A model generated the notes under the pieces. It worked only from the letters and a program-made list of their open reading frames with translations. It had not been told where the DNA came from and searched no databases. Both the position numbers and the translations under genes were made by a program. 60,976 nt of DNA from a virus: UHGV virus genome UHGV-1377268; one strand, 5' to 3'. The number at the start of each line of letters is the position of its first letter. Within the stretch, counting starts at the first letter, position 1. Positions 55,919 through 60,976 of the stretch are shown piece after piece.

Positions 55919-56421
55919 AAGTGTTTAGTCCCGCTGGTGAGATATTTGATCTGATGAAGGCAATCATCCAGCGCGTTATGAAAAACGCCATCACGGGTAA
56001 ACAGTTTAGTATTGATACCCAGCAAATCCACCGCCGTGCGAACATCACGAACGTTCCAGAATTTCCACGGGCAGCGGATACCTACTGCATCAAATCATGC
56101 TTCTAAAATGGTGATATCAAATACAGACCCGTTACCCCAGGGAAGCGCATCAGAACGAATGAATTTTGCAAAACGTTGTGCTACTTCACGTGGGTCATCA
56201 GTCCCGCCAAACGCGTCAGTACGCGCCTGTTCAGACTGCTGCGACCACCAACGCATTGTATCAGCATCAGCATTACCGTATGACAACGCGCTAAAACCCA
56301 TTGATGCGTAAAACTGTTCACCGATATTACCTTTGCGATTGAAATATACAGCACCAATGGAAAGCACCGCACAACCGGGTTTCGTGCCACATGTTTCAAT
56401 ATCAATCATCAAATCACGCAT
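55915..56421 (-). CDS. DnaQ-like DEDDh 3'-5' exonuclease interrupted by an in-frame UGA (56095-56097)
   Basis: Exo I MIDIETCG and Exo II GNGSVFDITIL lie before the stop; Exo III FHNALDDCLHQIKY lies in the same frame after it; the C-part has no start codon and ends in an ATGA overlap with the VRR-NUC gene. Confidence 0.6.
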
Positions 56422-56437
56422 GTGTTTACCTTATATT

Positions 56438-56470
56438 TAAAATAATTCTAAACAGATTACCATTAAATCA
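56438..56470 (+). promoter_or_regulatory. degenerate relic of the promoter family (aaaataattcTAAACagattaccat), wrong orientation
   Basis: Matches the UP element and downstream box but lacks the TTGAC -35. Confidence 0.3.
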
Positions 56471-58127
56471 TAGTTCCTGCAACCCGTGCTGACAACTCGT
56501 TTGCTTCCCGCGTGTGTAATGCCTGCGCCGTAAGTACATCAACGCCGAAAACCTGATAAAACATACGATAAGCATCATCAGGTGATACGCCTTTATCACG
56601 CTGTAACCCAGCCCATGTGGTTATCATGGAACGTAGTTTACGCTGTGCATCGTTCATAGCCTGAATATTTTTCATCGCGCTGTAAGCTGCAACAGCAGGT
56701 GCGCCAGCGTTTAACATCTGGTCTTTAACTGCTGCCGGGTCACGGTCGATAATAACCACTGCGCGGCGCAGTTCTTCGAGTTCTTCAGCGGTCAGTTCAC
56801 GTAAATTACCCTCAACGCGATCCGGTCCTGAACGTAGCGCTTTTTCCGGTACATGACCGCAGTAAGGGCAAGCAGCAAGCCCTGCAGGATAAGGTTTCAG
56901 ACACGGTTCAATACCCTTTACTGCATCCCCTTTGTTTGTACAGGTGGTATTACTGGATCCGCCGCTGGATGATTTACGATCGCGGTCGTCTAACGACCAG
57001 TTGTAATGTTGATCGGGTAACGGAAAACCACGGGCAATAAAACGACGGACGTTACCCACTTTATCAATAATGAGTGCTTTTTTACCGGGGATATAGCGTA
57101 ACGGGCGTCCCATTTGTTGGATAAACAGTGAATAGGATTCAGTGGGTCTATCCATCACGGCGCATTCCATTGCCGGACAGTCATAACCCTCGCCGAACAG
57201 ATCCGCGTTGCACATAATCAGGGTTTTGCGTTTTTCGAAACGGTCCAGAATATCGGCGCGTTCCTGATCGGTATTACGCGAACTGATTGCCTCAGCAGGA
57301 ATACCCGCGTCCCTGAATTCCTGTGCCAGTGTTATAGCCGCGTCAACATCAACGGTGAAAACCACCGTCAGCATACCGTCGGCGTACATTTTCCAGGTAT
57401 TTACTGTATCACCAACGATGGTTGAATCTTCCATTGCCTTTTTCAACGCAGATGGCTTGTAATCCCCCGTAGTGCTGGAAATCATATCCGCTGTCAGGTC
57501 AATATCTGTTTCAGCCATAATCAGGCGATAATCGGCCAGGTGCTGCTGGTTGATTAATTCACGCATTGCCGGACCAATCACCATTGCATCAGCATAGCCA
57601 GACGCATGACGTCCAAGCCCTTTACCATCGGCACGGATCGGTGATGCAGTTACACCTAATCCTAAAGATTTTGGGAAAAGTTCACGACAGGTTCCCCACA
57701 TGGTGCCGCGTACCAGATGATGGGCTTCATCACAAAAAACACGGGTTACGCTATCATGCCATCGTTCGTATTTTTTTGTTCGCAGCGTGGGCGCACTGGC
57801 AATAACGATATCTGCGCCGGGTGCATAGGTACTGTAACCCAGCTTTTTCATCTGCTGCCCCGTGGCAAACTTAATAGCGTCTTTTTGCGCAATAAAACGG
57901 AGTGGTAATCCCTGTGCGGCAATCGCCATCGCTATCTGACTGACCAGTTCCTTACGGTGCGCCTGGATAACTTTGATCCCGTCAACTTTCACCAGTTCAG
58001 CCATCGTTCGCGTTTTACCGCTCCCGGTAGGCATGACCAGGATCACATCTTTCTTACCAGCGTCCCACTGCGCATTCACGCCGTTAACGGCGTCCTGCTG
58101 GTAGTAACGTAATGGTTGTTGACTCAC
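56463..58127 (-). CDS. SF2 DEAD/DEAH-box helicase
   Basis: Walker A MPTGSGKT, DEAH motif (CDEAHH), helicase C region; C-terminal CPYCGH Zn motif. Confidence 0.7.
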   Translation of the reverse strand: MSQQPLRYYQQDAVNGVNAQWDAGKKDVILVMPTGSGKTRTMAELVKVDGIKVIQAHRKELVSQIAMAIAAQGLPLRFIAQKDAIKFATGQQMKKLGYSTYAPGADIVIASAPTLRTKKYERWHDSVTRVFCDEAHHLVRGTMWGTCRELFPKSLGLGVTASPIRADGKGLGRHASGYADAMVIGPAMRELINQQHLADYRLIMAETDIDLTADMISSTTGDYKPSALKKAMEDSTIVGDTVNTWKMYADGMLTVVFTVDVDAAITLAQEFRDAGIPAEAISSRNTDQERADILDRFEKRKTLIMCNADLFGEGYDCPAMECAVMDRPTESYSLFIQQMGRPLRYIPGKKALIIDKVGNVRRFIARGFPLPDQHYNWSLDDRDRKSSSGGSSNTTCTNKGDAVKGIEPCLKPYPAGLAACPYCGHVPEKALRSGPDRVEGNLRELTAEELEELRRAVVIIDRDPAAVKDQMLNAGAPAVAAYSAMKNIQAMNDAQRKLRSMITTWAGLQRDKGVSPDDAYRMFYQVFGVDVLTAQALHTREANELSARVAGTMI

Positions 58128-58306
58128 GCGCGGTTCTCCTTAACGTATGCATCACGCGCAGCTTTCTGTGCCTGTCCGTTTCGTTTAAACTCACGACCCC
58201 GGAAAATATACTTACCCGTTACACGGTCGAAAAATACGTTGTGACGAATGAAACTGTACAGGTCGTTGTTCATCGTTTTATCTCCGTTTTGAATGTGAAA
58301 TTATCA

Positions 58307-58350
58307 TAAAATAATTCTTGACACATTGCAACCTGACTCGTAACCTTAGC
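58307..58350 (+). promoter_or_regulatory. sigma70 promoter, family copy
   Basis: -35 TTGACA 58318-23, 17-bp spacer, -10 TAACCT 58341-46. Confidence 0.5.
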
Positions 58351-58386
58351 CACGTAGCAACCAATCAACCACATAAGGAACCAACT

Positions 58387-59181
58387 ATGTTTGAAGTTAA
58401 ATTGCATATCACTGCTCCAGAACTGGAAACTGCAATCAACAATCTGGCGAATGCTATCGCGACTGGTGCCGCACCGCTTATGACTGTTGCCGCTGATGGC
58501 ATCGTTAAAGAAGCGGTGACTGCCGGACAGCACCCTAACTTACCGATCGTTACACCAGTCCCGCCAGCTACCGGGTCTGATAACGATGATGACGGCGAAA
58601 CCAGTACCAACGAATTCGACGCATGGGGTCTGCGCCACGATCCGCGTATCCACACTGACAGCAAATCCATCAACAAAGGCGATGGTCTGTGGCGTCAGCG
58701 TAAAAAGCTGGATGAAGTTTTCCTGGATAAAGTAAAACGCGAACTGATCGCTGAAGCCGCTGCAGCCGGACGCTATACCGGACCTGCTGAACTTGCGCCG
58801 GGCTATGTTGCACCAGTCGATTCGACTCCTGCAGTACCCGTTGCGCCTGCCAACACTGTTCCGGCAGCGCCAGTGAACACTGCCCCGACTGCCCCGGTAG
58901 CACCTGTTGCGCCTGCCGCTGACCCAGCGAAAGTCTATAACAGCCAGGTATTGCAGTCTGCACTGATGCAGATGTTCGGTCAGATTACTGGTGAGCGTGC
59001 CGCGCCGATCAGCCAGCGTATTCTGGCGCTGTACAACACGCAGAACATCATGGCGCTGTCAGACCCTGCACAACTGAAATCTGCTATCGACCTGATCGAG
59101 CGTATCAACCAGACGCCAGCAGAGGCTGAAAACATTCTGGGTCAGGCTGAAGTCAGCAAAAACATGGGTGGTACATTCTGA
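58387..59181 (+). CDS. hypothetical protein with Pro/Ala-rich linker
   Basis: 264 aa from MFEVKLH with an AAGGAA RBS; central PAVPVAPANTVPAAPV.. linker. Confidence 0.45.
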   Translation: MFEVKLHITAPELETAINNLANAIATGAAPLMTVAADGIVKEAVTAGQHPNLPIVTPVPPATGSDNDDDGETSTNEFDAWGLRHDPRIHTDSKSINKGDGLWRQRKKLDEVFLDKVKRELIAEAAAAGRYTGPAELAPGYVAPVDSTPAVPVAPANTVPAAPVNTAPTAPVAPVAPAADPAKVYNSQVLQSALMQMFGQITGERAAPISQRILALYNTQNIMALSDPAQLKSAIDLIERINQTPAEAENILGQAEVSKNMGGTF

Positions 59182-60326
59182 TGACACGCAACGCTACCTT
59201 TAGTGCCAGTGGTTCTAAACGTTGGTTATCTTGTCCGGGTAGCGTTCAACTGTCACAGCGGATCGATTTCGATGAACCTTTAAGCACGAGTAAACAGGAA
59301 GGTAAAGCTGCTCACTGGGTGCTTGAGCAAAAAATTAAAGGTAAACCACCGTTGATGCCTTGTGTTGCACCAAATGGTATTACAGTAACTGATGATATGC
59401 ATGAACATGCTGATGAATTCATTGCTGATGTTCTGTCAGTTGGTGCAAAAATCGATCCGCTGTTTTCAGAAGTTCGCATTCATATTGACTGGCTTTTGCC
59501 GGGGCAATACGGCATCTGTGATTATCGCTGGTATGATTTTTTAACCGATATCCTTTACGTTTGGGATTACAAGTATGGTCATCAGGCAGTGGAAGCTGAA
59601 GATAATACACAGGGTGTGTATTACGCACTTGACCAACGTTGTATCAGTTCGGTTAAACAAGTGGTATTTACAGTTGTTCAACCGCGTGCATGGCATCCGA
59701 ACGGAACGATTAGACGCTGGCAGTTTTCACGCAGTGTATTGATGGACTGGGCAGATCGCTTTAAGAAAGGTTTTACTGATGCTCACAAGATCGATGCGCC
59801 TTTAGTTGTCGGCGATCATTGTCACTATTGCCCGGCCCGTGGTTTATGCCCGGCCCTTTACGAGAGGATCATTGAATTGGCTACGGTTCTTGATGCACCA
59901 CCATCATTGACACCTGAAGAGGTAGGGCAGCGTTTACAGCTGCTGGAGGAACTTTATTCACGGGCGAGCGATGCTAAAACAGCGTTGCACATTCAGGGTT
60001 TACATTTCGTTCGGCAAGGTAAACCACTACCCGGTTTTAAACTGGCCCCAAAACAAACGAAACGTCAGTTAACCGACGAAGGGAAACTGATTGGTGCTGC
60101 GCCTATGTTTGGCGTTATGCCTGATACGCTTTATGAACGTAAACTGAAGCCTCTGGCTACTCTGGAAAAAACATTACCGAAAGCGCTGGTTGACATGTGC
60201 ACAACGAAACCTGATGGTCAGTTTACGTTAGTGCCTGATACCGATGCTCGAACTGGTTTTAGCACAATGGCTGAATCCGTTTTCAATACTCCCGTGACGA
60301 TGCCCGCTGGCGCACGTCCATTATAA
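59181..60326 (+). CDS. Cas4/RecB-like PD-(D/E)XK exonuclease (DUF2800-like)
   Basis: N-terminal nuclease motifs and C-terminal Cys cluster CHYCPARGLCPA. Confidence 0.6.
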   Translation: MTRNATFSASGSKRWLSCPGSVQLSQRIDFDEPLSTSKQEGKAAHWVLEQKIKGKPPLMPCVAPNGITVTDDMHEHADEFIADVLSVGAKIDPLFSEVRIHIDWLLPGQYGICDYRWYDFLTDILYVWDYKYGHQAVEAEDNTQGVYYALDQRCISSVKQVVFTVVQPRAWHPNGTIRRWQFSRSVLMDWADRFKKGFTDAHKIDAPLVVGDHCHYCPARGLCPALYERIIELATVLDAPPSLTPEEVGQRLQLLEELYSRASDAKTALHIQGLHFVRQGKPLPGFKLAPKQTKRQLTDEGKLIGAAPMFGVMPDTLYERKLKPLATLEKTLPKALVDMCTTKPDGQFTLVPDTDARTGFSTMAESVFNTPVTMPAGARPL

Positions 60327-60338
60327 AAGGTAAGTAAC

Positions 60339-60976
60339 ATGGCTAAAGTAGTTGAAAAATTCGTCACTCCGGTTGGTCGTCTGGTTGGTGGTTCGTTCTT
60401 CGATATGAACACGAAAGATAACAACGGACGCGATCTGGATCCTAAAAAATACAACTGGTGGGTTGGTCTGGCATTTCCCAAAACTGCCGCGAACTGGTGG
60501 GAAGAACAGGGTGAATTGGGCGCAGTATTCCAGGCAATCCTGAAAGCTGCCAGTTCGCACTATGTTGCTGGGGAAACGCAACAAGCCACTTTCGCGTGGA
60601 AAATCACGAACGGTGACGACCCGAAACACGCAACTAAAACGGGTTATCCCGGTCACTGGATTATCGGTTTTTCTCGCAACGTGGCGATCGATGCTTGTCC
60701 GTTGTATAACGCACAGTTCCAGCCCGTGATCGATAAAAACCAGGCTAAAAAAGGCTACTACTACCGGATCAGCGGATCGACGTCTGCGAATGAAGCAACG
60801 GGTAATCAGGCGGGTGTTTACATCAATATGGAAATGGCGCAACTGCTGTACGCAGGTGAAGAAATCATTTCTGGCCCGGCTCCTGCGTCTGTGTTTGGTG
60901 CTGTACCAGCAATGCCAGCAGGTGCTACTGCGATCGGCGCAGCGCCTGTAGCAGCGCCTGTTGCAGCGCCTACACC
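60339..60976 (+). CDS. gp2.5/DUF2815-like ssDNA-binding protein, N-terminal part (continues at 1..199)
   Basis: AAGG RBS; open to the window end; in frame with 1..199. Confidence 0.5.
   Translation, partial: MAKVVEKFVTPVGRLVGGSFFDMNTKDNNGRDLDPKKYNWWVGLAFPKTAANWWEEQGELGAVFQAILKAASSHYVAGETQQATFAWKITNGDDPKHATKTGYPGHWIIGFSRNVAIDACPLYNAQFQPVIDKNQAKKGYYYRISGSTSANEATGNQAGVYINMEMAQLLYAGEEIISGPAPASVFGAVPAMPAGATAIGAAPVAAPVAAPT

Noticed and set aside
1-60976. Lysogeny module (integrase, CI-like repressor, excisionase)
   Set aside because: Searched for tyrosine or serine recombinase-sized ORFs and repressor/Cro pairs and found none. The genome looks strictly virulent.
1-60976. CRISPR arrays or 7-deazaguanine (dpdA/queC/queD/queE) modification cluster
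   Set aside because: No direct-repeat/spacer arrays and no ORFs with the QueC, QueE or TGT-like motifs. The hypermodification idea from the genome size and polymerase cluster is not supported by the sequence.

Overview
The window reads as a complete, circularly permuted genome of a virulent siphovirus-like enterobacterial phage, about 61 kb, with no integrase or repressor. The record breakpoint falls inside a gp2.5/DUF2815-like SSB gene: 60339..60976 continues in frame into 1..199. The phage has a lambda-like head (XkdF-like protease, scaffold, gpD-like decoration, gpE-like capsid, Mu-F/SPP1-gp7-like morphogenesis protein), a portal, TerL and a distant TerS. It also has a lambda-like tail: major tail, G/GT chaperone with an A_AAA_AAC -1 frameshift, tape measure (973 aa), M/L/K-like proteins, a J-like tip protein (847 aa) and a second receptor-binding/tailspike protein on the opposite strand. 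The lysis cassette holds a T4-type lysozyme, two membrane proteins and nested Rz/Rz1-like spanins. The replication and nucleotide module comprises a pol-domain-only family-A-like DNA polymerase, a PrimPol/D5-like primase-helicase, an SF2 helicase, a Cas4/DUF2800-like nuclease, VRR-NUC, a DnaQ-like exonuclease, an SSB, dUTPase, a MazG-like protein, a DUF4406 protein, a DUF2493/SLOG protein, a ParB-like nuclease-domain protein and an HNH endonuclease. It further contains a beta-class N6A/N4C methyltransferase, a divergent C5-methyltransferase-like protein and a near-host-like RdgC. The late head/tail/replication operons run on the minus strand and are interrupted by plus-strand islands of small genes. 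Each island is driven by a copy of a highly conserved sigma70 promoter family with consensus aaaataattcTTGACGgattgcaga-N-TAtagT, present in about 12 copies. Notable features are three paralogous T5orf172/GIY-YIG-type homing-endonuclease-like genes with tandem Zn-finger-like modules, one with its RBS buried in a terminator hairpin that carries an internal promoter. Two genes are interrupted by in-frame stop codons: the exonuclease by UGA and a fiber-like gene by UAG. Two paralogous iteron-rich intergenic regions sit at divergent operon boundaries. A tRNA-Ser(GCU) is followed by a 330-nt noncoding stretch, and there are several clear rho-independent terminators.
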